Of a stretch of 64,000 bases of DNA, positions 14,930 to 29,909 are shown in pieces. The notes under the pieces were generated by a model that had not been told where the DNA came from, did no database searches, and was given only the letters and a program-made list of their open reading frames with translations. The stretch is from the human T2T-CHM13v2.0 reference genome, Homo sapiens. Made by a program: the position numbers and the translations under genes. Location: the NCBI RefSeq assembly GCF_009914755.1, contig NC_060931.1, one strand, 5' to 3'. Position 1 is the first letter of the stretch. Each line of letters starts with the position of its first letter.

Positions 14930-17900
14930 TTCCCCACAAAGTTTCAGCATGGATAGTTTCTGTTGACCTGTCTTCAAGTTCATTGTTGCTTTCGTCTGTG
15001 GTCACCTATTTGCTGTTAAGTGCATCCAGTGAATTTTTTATTTAAACTATTTTATTTTAGTTCTAGATTTCGATTTGGTTTTCTTTTTCTTTCTGTCCTA
15101 CTTTCCTTTCTTTCTTCCTTGCTTCCTTCCTCTCTTCTTCCTTCCATCCTTCTCTTTTCTCTTTCTTTTGTTCCTTTGTTCATTCTTTCCACTTTTTTCT
15201 TTATCTCTTTTTTTATTTAAATTAACACAGTAGAATCATTTATGTATGCTTAAGTGTACCTGTATTTGAAGTATAATTTGATAAGTTTTCAGAAATTACT
15301 TGTGTGTGTGTGACTGTGTGCAACCAGAGCTGTAATCAAGATAAAGCATATTTTCATGATCCAGAAAGACTTCCTTGGTGCTCCTTGTCAGGCAATCTCC
15401 TCCCTTCATTCCCACCTCCAAGAAACCATTGTTTTGCTTTTTTGTAACAATAGATTCAAATTTGTTTCTTTTCTGGAGTTTCATATAAATGGAATCATAT
15501 AGCATATATTCTTCTTGGCTGATTTATTTCACTCATTATAATGATTTTGAGATTCATTTTGCTTGAACCGGTAGTTTTTCTTGATTGCTAATTTATATTC
15601 CAATGCATGAACACATCACATATTTATTAATTGATCTCTTCATGAGCATTTGGGTTTTTCCAGATTTAAAATATTATGAATAAAGTGGCCATAAACATTT
15701 ATATGTGTGGATGTATGTTTTCATTTCTGTATGGAATATACTAATTGTGGAATTGTTAAGTTAAATGAGAATTATTAAAAGCTGTCAACTTTCCAAAGTA
15801 GATGCAATAAGCAATATAAGAAAATCCTAATTTTGCATTCTTGTAAACACTTGGTATTGTCAATGTCTTTAAATTTTAGCAGTTTAATGAATGTACAGTG
15901 ATATCTCATTATACTTTTAACTTTTCTTCTTTAATGCCTAATGATATTAAGTATTTCCTTATGTTCTTATTTGGAATCTTTAAATCTTCTTTATTGATAT
16001 GTCTTTTAGCTCTATCAACTTTTGCTTTATGTATTTTGAAGTTTTTTAATAAAATAGCTATTAATGAACAGTGATGATCTTTTATTTTTCTTGGTCTTTT
16101 ATCTCTCTGTTTCATTTCGAATAGTTTTCTTGCTATGTCTTCAAGTTCACTAATTTTTTTCTTCTGCGGTGTGTAATTGGCTGTTAATCCCATCCAGAGT
16201 ATTTTCCTTCTAAATGTTGTATTTTTCCATCTCCAGACGTTTGACTTGGGTCTTTTTCATTCTTTCATTTTTCTTCCCATCATATTTTTTTTCTTTTACC
16301 TTCTTAAGCATTTGAAATTTAGGTATAAGAACGCTAACATTATTAACATTACTAACTGCTAATTTTACCATGTATGTCACTTCTGGTCTGTTTGTATCTA
16401 TTGGTTTTAGTCATATTTTCCTGATTTAATTGCTTGCATTATAATTTTTTATTGGATGGCCGATATTGTGAATTTTGTACTTTTGCATGCTAGCTTTCAT
16501 TGTATTACTTTAGATATTTTTGGGTTTTGTTGTCAGTTAGAGTTAAGTTACTTGTAAATGGTTTGATTCTTTTATGACTTGCTTTTAAGTTTTCTTAGGG
16601 AGTGTTCAGAACAGCTTTTATCCTAGGGCTAATTGGCACTACACTTTAGTCAAGATTCTTCCCAGTGCTTTACCTTCCTTTTTTTTTTTTTTGAGACAGA
16701 GTCTCCCTCTGCCCCCTCGGCTGGAGTGTGGAGTGTGCTGGTACGATCTCGGCTCCCTACAACCTCCGTCTCCCTGTTCAAATGATTCTCCTGCCTCAGC
16801 CTCCTGAGTAGCTGGGATTACAGGTGCCTGCCACCATGCCCAGCTAAGTTTTGTATTTTTAGTAGAGACGAGGTTTCACCATGTTGGCCACGGCTCCTGG
16901 CCTCTTTACCTTATTTCTTATTTCATTAGAATTCTTTTTACCTTAGTTGGTGGGAACACAAAATATTTTCAGTGCTGCGTGAACCCCAGGAATTGTTCTG
17001 ACTACTCTTTTGCGTGTGCGTGTGTGTCTCTGTGTGTGTGCATGTGGTATGGCTTTTTTCTCCCTGGTTTTAGAGTTTGCCCACATATATGTGTAGATGA
17101 ATACTCAGCTGAAGATTCAAGAGGGCCTCTCTGATGATTTCTGGACCTCTTTCTCTAAGCTCTTCCCTTTTCTTCAGCACACTTTCCTATTAATCGTAGT
17201 TACCTTTTTGGACTTGCCCTTCCTTCCCTCAGTCTTGGATAGTCTCTCAAGCTGGTGAACTGTGGCAATCATAGCATCTACCTCATGTTTTCCCTTCTCT
17301 TAGGGACCATTATTCTGTATTCCCTGTTGTCTAAAGTGTCAGTTGTTTTGAATATTTTTTCTAGCTTTCTAGTTTAAATCAGTATAGTAAAGCTGTTCCA
17401 CCTTACTTCATTCTGTTAAAAGTGGAAAATGTATATTTATTTTAATGAGTGTCTAATTTTGACTTTGTATTTTTGGTTGTTATTTCAATTGCCAACTGTC
17501 TTTAACTGCTTATGTGGATATATCACCTGAAAATCCTGATGATTTCCTTTCAAGTTAAGATATCTTTTTCTCTATTTGAATTTTTTCTTTTTCTATTTCT
17601 TCTTTTCAGCCTCACCTGCATCTTCTCAGATGATCCTAAATTATCCTGCTTGGGGTTTCATTTGGATTTCTGGATTGAATTCTTTAATTGCTTTTGGAAA
17701 ATTCACAGCTATTTATTACTTGAGTATTAGTTATTCCTCATTGTGTCTCTCCTCTCTGGAACTTCAATTAGATCATTACATGGTCTCACATATGTTTCTT
17801 AGATTCTTTACTACATTTTCCTTTTTTTTCTCCTTAATTAGATATTTTCTGTTCCATATTCTAGCTCATTAATCCCTTTCCCCTGTCTATTATGATTTTA

Positions 17901-18720
17901 ATCCTTTATATTAAGTTTTAAATTTCAGTTACTTCTTATTTATAGCATTTCTATTTTATTCATTATAGGTAGAGTTAATGTTCTTGTGAATACATCCATT
18001 TTTCTATGTTTTTCCTCCAGTGTTCCATTTATTTCCTAGAACTCCTTAGTCATGGTTATCTTACAATTTTTATTTGGATTGCTCCTGGGTTATGTGTTGT
18101 TTATATTTTCTCTTGGGCTTTTATCATGTGGTTCTTGCTCATGGCATGCCTGGTAATTTTATATTAAATATCAATACCTTTGTATGGAAAGGTGTAGAGG
18201 CTCTGAGTGCTGTTTTCTTTCTCTAGAGAGGGTTTATCATTCCTTTTGTTAGATAAAAATTGGAGTTTACAATATTAACCAATCTTGGGTTAAGCTGACT
18301 TAAGACTGTGTTACAAGCTTGCTAAGTGTTTCTCTACCTTTGGTTAATTCCATGTTCCTAGAGTGTAGTCTTGCAGGTGCTATGATTGCATACTTATACA
18401 TATTTAGGGGAAAACAGTCCTAAGGCAATGCTTAATTTTGGATCTCACTAAAATCTTGGTCTCTCAAGTTTCTCATGTTCGTTTTCCATGTTTGTGAAAC
18501 TGCAAATGCTCTCTTGGTTTCTCTGATTCTAAGTATTTTCCTTCTTACCCTTTCATTTGCTGAACTCTCAGATTCTTTCCCAGTATCTAGAATTAGCAAA
18601 TATAGCAAAGCTAAAAAGCAGACACAGAATGTTAGTTTACCTTATCACAGTTTTCCTATTTATTAAGATCTTGTCTCTTTAAGACTTGGTTAAATCAGTA
18701 GCTCTCTGATACCTTAAAAC
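14930..18720 (-). mobile_element. Mosaic of ancient L1M fragments with a CT-rich tract at ~15080-15220
   Basis: Antisense L1M motifs (catataaatggaatcatatag, tgtcttcaagttcactaatt); boundaries approximate. Confidence 0.55.
16679..16902 (-). mobile_element. AluS with an internal left-arm deletion
   Basis: Jumps from ttggcca directly to cggctcctggcc; TSD-like ctttacctt on both sides. Confidence 0.88.
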
Positions 18721-18769
18721 AGATAATTTAAAGACTTATAGTTAATAAAAGTCTCCACAAAAGGAATTC

Positions 18770-19950
18770 GAGGTCCTCAAAGAGGTGACTAATAGTATAG
18801 CTGGGATAGGGCATAAATGAGATGAGGCTGGAACATTTTGTTATGACAGAAAGTTAGAAAGTGCTCAATAAATGTTGAGGGCATGTAACAAAGACTCAGG
18901 AACATGTTTGAAGGAGCTCCCCCTGACTAAATTTAGGAGAACTTGAGCATTAAAATACTGAAGCACAGTAATACATTTGAAAAATAGGATAAATAGATAT
19001 TTAATAGTCCCTACTGATAATAAATAGGTAAACCAATAAGTAAATAGTTGAAGAGAATGGAAAGCTCTTGCTTACAATAGAATTCTAAATTCCAGACTAA
19101 TAAAAATGGAAGCAGTGCCCACAGTAGACTCCTTATTAGCTACAAGAGTTGTGGGGGGGGCGGGGGGCAAGTGTAATTATACAATGGATACATCAGAAAC
19201 AACTTGATTAGGTGATCAAAATTAATATGTTCAATGAGGAAGAGATAGATATGATGTTTCTCCATTGAGGCAGATACCACATCACCTGTACAGTATTCTG
19301 GCTGAGAATGTATAACCTAAATCTAATTAGGAGGAAACCTAAATCTAATTAGAAAACACATCAAAATGTGGTACATTTTATTTTTTAATGAGGAGATATT
19401 TTTTAAAAATATCAGTGCCATGAAAGACAAAGGCTGTAGAAAGGTCTAAAATTGAAGGATAAACATGTATGACAAATGAATGTAATATCTAACCCCACAC
19501 TGGATATTGTAATTGAGAAGAATAAAATTCTAAAAGAAAATTAGTGGGTCAATTAACAAAATTGGAATATAAATGGTAAATTAAATAATAATACTTTATC
19601 ACTGTTAAATTTACTGATTTTGATAACTTCACTGTGGTTATGTGAGAAAATAAATATTCATATTATTGGAAATAGTAAGAATAAAGGGCCATTTTAATAT
19701 GTAAATATGTATAATATATATGCTATTAAATGTATATAAAGTTATATATAAAAATCTACAAATGGTTCAGAAAATATAAATGCAGAGACACACATATATA
19801 CATATATGTATCTATATATGTGTTGATATTATATATATATATATATACACACACACACATATAAAGAGAATGAGACAGAGGAGAAAAGCATTTTTAAAAA
19901 ATGGGAAAAAGTTAAAATAAGTGAGTATTTTGGTAAAGTGAGTATTTGGG
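18770..19950 (+). mobile_element. L1MC-type 3'UTR
   Basis: tttgaaggagctcccc...aacctaaatctaatt...gatttgataac-like...actgtggttatg motifs. Confidence 0.55.
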
Positions 19951-20208
19951 TAAAGAGAGCTGGTTCTTGTGGCAGGTGGGAAAAAAGAGGCAGAAAATAA
20001 ACCATATTTTAAAACTTTAAAAATGATTGAAAGTTTTATATAACTTGTTAAAAAGCATAAGAATGATATAACACATGCATATCAATACCTAGGTTTAATT
20101 GATGTCAAAATTTTCTTATATTTGCTTTGGATTTTTAAAAATAAATATCACTTTCCCCTACAGGCAGCGATGTGGCCAGGGGCTGAGGATATGGTAAATA
20201 TCTTCTCC

Positions 20209-20239
<31 letters not shown>

Positions 20240-21644
20240 TCTCATCATAATGCGAAAGGACATAATCATAAAAACAATCTCTTTCTATTATTTTCATGTT
20301 ATCATAAAGATTTGTTAGCCTCATCATTTCTATCTATCTCCATCACTTATTTCTATAGAGTAAATGTGGCAAAACATTAACAGTTTGTGAAAATAAGTGC
20401 AGTGATATGGCTTTAGGTGTACTCCTATAACATTTTATAGTTGAAAACTTCCGTAATTATAATTTTGGTGGCAAGGGACACATCAGCTCAGGTCATTTGG
20501 ATACCCTGAAATGTAGTTTGTACAAGAGAAGCAGGTTTAAAGATGAATTATGTTCCTTTCATTGCCAATTCACTGAGTAGTACGCAGCGTTATGTTTACT
20601 TCCAATATTGACAAGCTTTTTAGCCTGTTTATTTTGTTATTTATTTTGAGTTTAGTTATGTTCTCATAGATTTATATATTCAATTTATTTTCATCAACTT
20701 TTGTCATTTTCTGGAGGGAGACGGAAAGGAGACATCCCAGGCAAGAATACCACAGATTCCCACATTTCTTAAATTACATTTAAGAATTTTTCATGAACTA
20801 ATGCTTCTTGAGTTGTTCTTTGCCTTCGTTTTATATCCAAAAATAGAAATGTTTGTTTTAACAATTTTGTCAAGTCACATAGTGGTTTTTTTCAGGGGGA
20901 AGATTTTCCATCTTCATCCTTTCTGCACTGAAAATCTTGCACAGTTTGGTCTAGTCTCAGTTTGATAAGAATTACTTTTTAAAAACATGAATATATAGTC
21001 AATGTTATAGATCCTTCTTCATCCATTGATATAAATGTGTAGATTTAATTGTTATTCATGTGATGAGTTATACTAATAGATTTTTGGATACCATATATTA
21101 GACCACCCTTGCTTTTAAGTATAAAATATGTTTGTTGATGTATTTTTTATACTAGTTAAAAATTTTAATTAAGATTTTGCATTTATGCTTATGAATAAGT
21201 AGGCTTATTTTTTCCTCAGATTACCTTTATTCAATGTTGGCAGTTAGGCTATCCTGGCCATATGTAATATATTTGGGAATATTTTCTTTACTCCATGAAA
21301 AAGTTCATGTAAAGTTAGTGGTATTCTTTAATTCTTTCACAGTCTCATCCTTTGAGAGAATTGTGATGTTGACTGAATTTTTTAATGGTTACACTTCTGC
21401 CTTTCTATTTATTCTTGAGTCCACCTTAATAACAATTTGTTAAAAGTTATTTTAATATACATTTTAATTTATTTGATAATTTTATAGCATTTTCTTCAAT
21501 GTTTTAACATATCTATTTGTAGTTATGTCCCCTTCAACCTTCCAAAACAAACAGAATCTCTCTTTAATTTTGTTGATCAGTTTTGCCTTCTGTATCTTTT
21601 ATTACTTTTAAAGCTTTTTGCTTTCATTAGTCTCTATTTTTTTT

Positions 21645-24460
21645 GTAAAAATCTCAATAGCTTTGGGGGTACAGGTGGTTTTTGGTTACATAGATGAATT
21701 ATATAGCGGTTAAGTCTGAGATTTTAGTGCACTCATCACCCAAGTAGTGTATATTGTACCCAATATTTTATTTTTTAACCTCTCACCTCTGTCTTACCCT
21801 CTCTCCTTCTGAGTCTCCAGTGTCCATTATACCACTTTGTATGCATTTGAATACCCATAGCTTAGCTCCTAATTATAAGTGAGAACATATAGTATTTGGT
21901 TTTCCATTCCTGAGTTAGTTCACTTAAGATAATGCCTCAAGCTCCATCCAAGTTGCTGCAGATGACATTATTTAATTCATTTGTTATGGCTGAGTAGTAT
22001 ACCATGGTGTATATATACATTTTCTTTATCCACCGGCTGGTTGATGGGAACTTAGATTGGTTCCATATCTTTGTAATTGTGAATTGTGCTGCAGTAAACA
22101 TATGCTTGCAGGTGTCTTTTGATATGACTTCTTTTCCTTTGGGTAGATAGGTAATATCCCCTTTGCCATTTATGATTGTGTTTATTTGGATCTTCTTGCT
22201 TTTTTCCTTAATTAATTTAGCTAGTGGTTTATCTATCTTATTAATTCTTTAAAATAACGGGCTCCTGGATTCATCAGTCTTTTGTATGATTTTCTGTGTC
22301 TCGGTTTTCTTCACTTCAGCTCTGATTTTGTTTCTTGTCTTCTGCTAGCTTTGAGGTTGGTGTGCTATTGTTTCTCTAGTTCCCCTAAGTTGTGATGTTA
22401 GGTTGTTAATTTGAGATCTTCCTAACTTTTTGATGTGGGCATTTAGTGATATATACTTGCCTCTTAAACGCTTTGGCTGTATCCCAAAGATTCTGGCATG
22501 TTGTATTTTGTTTAATTAGTTTCAAAGAATTTCTTGATTTCTCCTTTAATTTCGTTATCTATCCAGAAGTCATTCTGGAGCAGATCGCTTAATTTCCATG
22601 TAATTGTATGGTTTTGAGCAATTTTCTTAACACTGATTTCTATTTTTATTGCACTGCGGTCTGAGAATATGGTTGGTATCATTTCAGTTTGTTTAAATAT
22701 GCTGAGGATTGTTTTATGCCCGATCATGTGGTTGATTTTAGAGTATGTGGCGAGTACAGATGAGAAGATTATATATTCTGTTATTTTGGGGTTGAGATTT
22801 CTGTAGATATCTATTAGGTCTACTTGATCAAGTGTTAAGTTCAGGTCCCAAATATCTTTGTTAGTTTTTTGCCTTGATGATCTGTCTAATACTGTCAGTG
22901 GCGAGTTGAAATCTATTATTATGTGATTATTTAAGTTTCTTTGTAGGTCTCTAAGAATTTTTTTTATTAATCTGGTTACTCCTGTGTTGGGTGCATATAT
23001 ATTTAGGTACTAAATTATCTACATTTCTTTGTAGGTCTCTAAGAACTTTCTTTATTAATCTGAGTACTCCTGTGTTGGATATATATATATCTCAACAAGA
23101 AGATAATTAGGTCTTCTTGTTGAATTAAACCCTTTACCATTATGTAATGCTTTTTTTTTTTGTATTTTTTGATCTTTATTGATTTAAAGTCTGTTTTGTC
23201 TGAAATTAGAAAAGCAACTCCTGCTTTTTTTGGTTTGTTTTCCTTTTACTTGGTAGATTTTTCTCCATCCCTTTACTTTGAGCCTATGTGTGTCACTGCA
23301 TGTGAGATGGGGTGTCTTAAGGGCAGCATACCATTGGCTTTTGCCTTTTTAAATCAAACTTGCCAATCTGTGCCTTTTACTTGGAGTATTTGTCCCATTT
23401 GCATTCAAAGTTAATGTTGATATGTGAGGATTTGAACCTGTCATCATGTTGTTAGCTGGTTATTATGCAGATTGTTTGTGTGGTGGCTGTATAGTGTCAC
23501 TGGTCTTTGTAGTAAAGTGTGTTTTTGTAGTGGCCAGTAATGGTCTTTCCTTTCCATATTTAGCATTCCCTTCAGGACCTCTTGTAAGGCAGATCTGGTT
23601 TTAATGAATTCCCTTAGCACTTGGATCCACTCTGCATGTGCACCAGCAGAGAGGGAGTCAAGGTCCACCCATACATAGACACACACTGGCAAAGCATAGT
23701 GTGGGGTGTCTGTGGGCAAGTGCATGCTGGGAAAGAGACATGGGGGCCACTGTGGTTGGGGGAGGGCATGGACAAGATGTGCACATTGGCTAGGACTGCT
23801 CTGCTGGAGCTCTCTGATGGTGAGGCATGGTCTCTGCCAGTGTAGGAGCTATGATGCGGCCCCTAGGAGGAGCCTCAGTGAGCATCCTGCAAGCAGGCAT
23901 GGCCAGGCTGGGGCCCCAGGAGAAGCCAGCAGACAGGAGGGCACTCAGGTCAAACCAGCCCCATCTCATAGGCAAGATTGCCCAGCACTGTTGAGGTGCA
24001 ACATTTTCCCTAAGGTTAAAGTCTCCTAGGGGAGCAAGGCTAGCCTAGATGGGTGGGCATCCCTGGCCCTGCTCCTCTACAGACACTACTCCACTAAACT
24101 CTCTGGGCTCCATACTGGCTGGAGTTCTGTATCTGCCATCTGTCTAAGCCTCTCCCTGCCGGCTCAATTGTCCATGGGAGTCATGGGGTCTCCTGTTGCC
24201 AGGATTCCAGAGGTCCATGGTGAGAGCTGGTCATTCTTTGTCTGCTCAACTCAGCCATCCCCAGGAGTCGTTCAGGGGCAGGAATGAGTCCCAGTGCAGA
24301 GTAGCCTCATGCAGGGTTCCCAACTTTCTCCCTCTTCAGCCCAGCATCTGTGTCTTCTCTCCATCTGCTCTCAGTGCCTTCCCTGTGAAGATCTGCTCAG
24401 AGTATGCCAGTCTTTCCAATGTCATGGTCTCTCCTAGCCACATCTAGTCAGCCATCGTCC
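21645..24460 (-). mobile_element. L1PB/L1PA15-16-type element with two large internal deletions (5'UTR | ORF1 end to ORF2 N-terminus | 3' end)
   Basis: 3'UTR ~21645-22150; ORF2 EN region (ORF 22512-22727) ~22151-23620; GC-rich 5'UTR ~23621-24460 ending tagtcagccatc. Confidence 0.75.
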
Positions 24461-25149
24461 AAAAAACTGGATTGATTTTTTCTATTCTTCCTTAAAAAAA
24501 AAAAAAAGTTTCTGCTCTTACCATGATAGTCTCCTTTTTCTTTGAGTTTTTTCTTTTGTTTTGTCTCTAACTTATTGATTTGAACGCTTGGCTTGTTAAT
24601 TTTTAGTCTTATTTATATGTATATTATGGTGTAAATATTTCCTGTTTTTAGAGATGTTTTAACCTTTATTGTTTTTATTGTCATGCAGTTATAATCATAA
24701 CTTGTATTATAAATTTTCTTTGCATAGCAGATTGTGTGGAAGTATATGTTTAGTATTTTAGTGTATTATTTTCTTTAGTGATTCCTTTATATTTTAAATC
24801 TTGTCTTAAAAATATCTAAAGCTAATTAATATGTCCATCATATTGCATAATAATGCAAAAGGATGTAATTACAAAAACACTAATCTCTTTCAGTTATTTT
24901 GTTATTATCAGGTTTGTTAGGCACATCTGTTCCTACTAATTATAATTACTGATTTATTTTTATAGTCTGTAGTTAAATAAATTTACCAACATGTTTATCA
25001 ATTTTTTTATGTTCATGACTTTTTTCTTACATTTTACTATTCTCTTTTGGGTTCACAGTTTTTTGTTCCTTTCTTTATTGTTTTCTTTCCTCTTTTCTTC
25101 AAAAATATTAATTTAAGACTTTATATATACGTTCAAATATGGCTGGGGG

Positions 25150-25810
25150 TGACAAATGATAAACACTAACATAATAAATAGTTAAATTACATTGTTAGTA
25201 AATTATAAATATTCTAGATAAGTGAGAGCAAAAAGCCAGAGATTAGTGGCATTTTTAAACATGGTGGTCAGCATTGACCTCACTAAGCATACAACATTTA
25301 AGTAAAGTGGGCCATGGAAGTGCTAGGAAGAACAGCACTCTAAGCAGAGAGAAGTAGTTAATGCAAAGTCCCTGAGGTACAAGCCTGACTGCAGTATTTG
25401 GAAGAACAACATGGAGGACAGTGTGGCAGGAACAGATGAAGAGAGAGGGAAAGAAGAGAGAAAGGAAGTTGGAGCAGACACAGGTCAAATTATGTAGGCT
25501 TTGCAAGCCATTACAAAGAGTTGGGATTTTGGTCTGTAGGAGATGGGAAGTCATTGGGTGATTCAGCAGACCTACACCTTTTAAATTACTCTGGCTCCTA
25601 TGTGGAGAATTGATTGTAGGAAAACAAAAATAGAAACAGGAAAACCTGTTAGAAGACTGTTGCATGATCTACGTAAGAAATGATGACCAGGCCAGATTTG
25701 TTGCTATGGAGGTAGTGAGAGATAGTTAGAGAGTCAGATTCTGGATAAATTTTGAAGACTTAGCCAGCAGAGTACTTCTGAATTTGATAAATAAATTACT
25801 GTGGCTATAA
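25150..25810 (-). mobile_element. L2 fragment
   Basis: tgcaaagtccctgagg...gggaagtcattg...gattctggataaattttgaag. Confidence 0.65.
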
Positions 25811-26658
25811 GAAGGCATCCTGATGATAACTAGCATGTGATAATTAATTACAGTAAGATAAGTTTAAAGGATAATTAGTTATTATCCACCAAAATTATAT
25901 GTTATATATAAACAATTTTTTAAAACTCTTGCTTAAAAAACAAATATCAAAAAGTTGAAACTTCATAGCTCACAATTTTTACTGGTTGCAGAATGACAGA
26001 TTTGTTTTATTACTTTTACTAATTAGAACATAACATGATATTATGTGGTAATCAAAGATAATAATAAAGGTAAAAATATAAGAATATAAAAATTAGGGCA
26101 AGATAAAGCAAATAATATGAATACTTCTATAAAGTATTTTAAATTTTTTTTGGGTTTATTTATGTTTTATATTGTTTGTATTTGTTGATCTTATAAGAGA
26201 TAGAGTTTGTTAAATGAGAGTTTGCTGTAATATGCATAACATGAAAAAATAAGGCTTTTAAATTTAATTGTTATACAGATCACATGAAAAGCCATGATTA
26301 TGGCCAATACTATGTAGCAGTGTTAAAAATATAGGCAAAACAGCAAGGCATTAAATAGGGGTAATTGCTTTCTTGTGGCAAACATTCTGAAATAGAGAAA
26401 ATGGGCATCCATCTATTTCAAAGATTACCAGGACATAGTAATTACTATGGATATATAAACCTACATTTCATTAACAGTGCATTTGGCTAAACATAACCTC
26501 TGAAGAAATATGTATAAAGTCCAGGTTAGGTGGAGGAAGATAAAACCTTATGTAAGATAATTAGTTTACCAGCTTTGTTCTTAACGATAAAGGTATGTGA
26601 CCAGTGAAGTGGACAGAGAAGTGCGAGAGATCAGAAAGCCTGGATTCTAATCGTAATC

Positions 26659-26860
26659 TTGTGTTGTGCTGGTGAATGTCATACAATTGGCTCCCTGGAA
26701 AAAAATGCTGATTTTTAATGTTGCTGGATTTCCATGGTATAAATATTCCACTGTCACTGATTTCACGATCATGACCTGATGTCACCGAAAGCGGAGTTCA
26801 GAAGAGATGAGGACACTTAACCCTTGCAGATCTGTGAAAGTCAGCTCCAGCATGTCACTT
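26659..26860 (-). mobile_element. MER63A (hAT-Blackjack DNA transposon)
   Basis: Terminal inverted repeat-like ends tgtgctgg...ctccagcatgtcact; internal gcggagttcagaagagatg. Confidence 0.7.
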
Positions 26861-27324
26861 CCCAGATTTAGAATCAAATGGTCATGAAATTTTGAATAAC
26901 TCATGTAAAAGTTCTAGACCTAAGTTTCCTCACTTTTCAAATCAAATATTGGACTGTTGTCTAAAATCCTTCCCAGACTTAACATTCTTTTTAAAGGATA
27001 GAGGTAAGATGATTTTTTATTATTAAATAAGATTTAAAAATATATAGGATACCCTTACTTTTAAATTGTATATAAAACTACAGGTGGAAGTAACAGAATA
27101 AAATCTATTTTCCCATTAATGACTGTTTTAATACTCCTTATCTCTAAATGGAGATAGATTTGAGAACATCATGTAGAGAAATTGGCATTAAGTATGTAAA
27201 ATACTAATTAGATGAAACCTAATTCCAATTGTTACAGTATCAGTTATAATAATGCAAAGAGATGCCTTTGGTAGTAGAACATATATTTTCTGTCACATTC
27301 TTCGTTTAGCCTAAATCTGTACAA

Positions 27325-27727
27325 TGTTGTGGTGAGCTTGTAAAATTATCCCAACAAATTCCACTTCCTGGTATTCGTACCCTTGTGTAATTTGGCTCTT
27401 TGAGTGTGGAGTGGAATTCTTTTTTCCATTCTGATGGATGTAATTCAGCAAGTATCGGATGTTACTTCCACAATTAGGCTTCAAAAGGACTGTGACTTCC
27501 TTATTGTATGCCCTCCTTTATTCTCTGCTGGCTCACCCAGGGAAGCATTCGGATGATTGCGACCTTAGCCATTTTCACTGAAACTTCACAAGAGACCCTG
27601 AAATGGAGGATACACCCAAATGAGCATCTCTCAGATTCTAACAATCAGAAACCACGTAAGATACTAAGAGCTTGTTATTTTAAGCTGCTACATTTTGATG
27701 TAATTTAGCAATTAAAAAATCAATACA
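27325..27727 (+). mobile_element. MLT1 (E/F-type) MaLR LTR
   Basis: cctggtattcgtacccttgtgtaat...tgttattttaagctgct...aataca. Confidence 0.65.
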
Positions 27728-27729
27728 GG

Positions 27730-28303
27730 GGTTGAGGAGAAATATGTTTGAAATTGAAAGGCAGGAGCTCCTTTTCTCCATATTTCCATGCAGTTTTATC
27801 AAAGTACATGGAAAAGTACAGCAACCCAATATACATTGTACCACTAATGAAACAGTCCTTTCAGGAATAAAGGTTAGGGTCACCCCACCAGGCAAGGAAC
27901 CTTAACCTGCTGAGGTGCTTGCTTAGGACAAAGGACGTATGGAATGGTTAGTGGAAGAAGGTTATTAATACTATGATGATGGAGTTGGTTATAGAAAGAA
28001 GATCTATAATAGTTATGACTATTATATTTTTCCATATTTTAAATAAACATATAAATATTGATAAAAATCTTTACTTCCTCATCTCCCATTTTCCTGTCAA
28101 CTAGCATTACAATAATATTAACTTTTTATCTCAGTTTTGAATTTATATGACTTCAAAGGCAGATTGTGACTCGGCTAGAAAAATGAATAAACATTACCCA
28201 AAGATGGATAAGGTATATTTTTCCTCTTGCGGGGCAGGAAGGGGGCAGGTTGCAGGGCAGCGGTTATATTTTTCCTCTTGGGGGCAGGTTGCGGGGGTGG
28301 CGG

Positions 28304-28341
<38 letters not shown>

Positions 28342-28455
28342 TGATTGTATATGGTATAGTAGCTGTATGGTGGGCAGAAGCAAGACTTTGCTCATCTTTA
28401 TTTGAAATTTGAGTATGATTTAAAGTGTCGTGTATGGATACATGGTGACAAGGAC
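27730..28455 (+). mobile_element. ERVL internal 3' region
   Basis: ggtcaccccaccaggcaaggaacc...ctgctgaggtgcttgc...ggaatggttagtggaagaagg; abuts an MLT2 LTR; (TG)n at 28307-28340. Confidence 0.7.
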
Positions 28456-29371
<916 letters not shown>

Positions 29372-29909
29372 TACATTTAGCTAAGAAGAGTGGCTTTTCT
29401 TTGGTTGAGCCAAAAAAACAGTCTCCTACCTTCAAGATTATCCCAAGACTTACTGCCCATGATTATCCTGTAATAGGTTTTGATCATTCATAATACAGCC
29501 TTTTCTATGCTATTTACTTCAACCATAAGATTGTAATGGACATCATAATATTGGCTTCTCTGCATTTTAAAGTTTCATGCAAAAATTTGTTATAGCTGAG
29601 ATCCTATATATTTATTCTGACTTAGAATCTGAATACTCATTTTTAAGGAATACCACTAGTTCTGTGCAAGTAGAATATGATATTGAGAATTTTATGTTCC
29701 CTAAGGCCATGGGATGGGGAGACAGAAAGCAATGAATGCTTCTGTTAGGGGTAAAGGACACTACCTGACTATCCTCAAGAAATGGAAGCTCCTTGGACTG
29801 ATGACTCTCATTCTATTTCTAGGACAAGTACTTAGTGTCCATATATGCTTTTCAAAACCATAGTTAAATGTGAAATGAAGAGAAAAACAAAGTCTTGCTC
29901 TCTGTCTAG

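Noticed and set aside
23621-24460. GC-richer island with several ORFs, suggesting a gene promoter
   Set aside because: It is a CpG-depleted old L1 5'UTR
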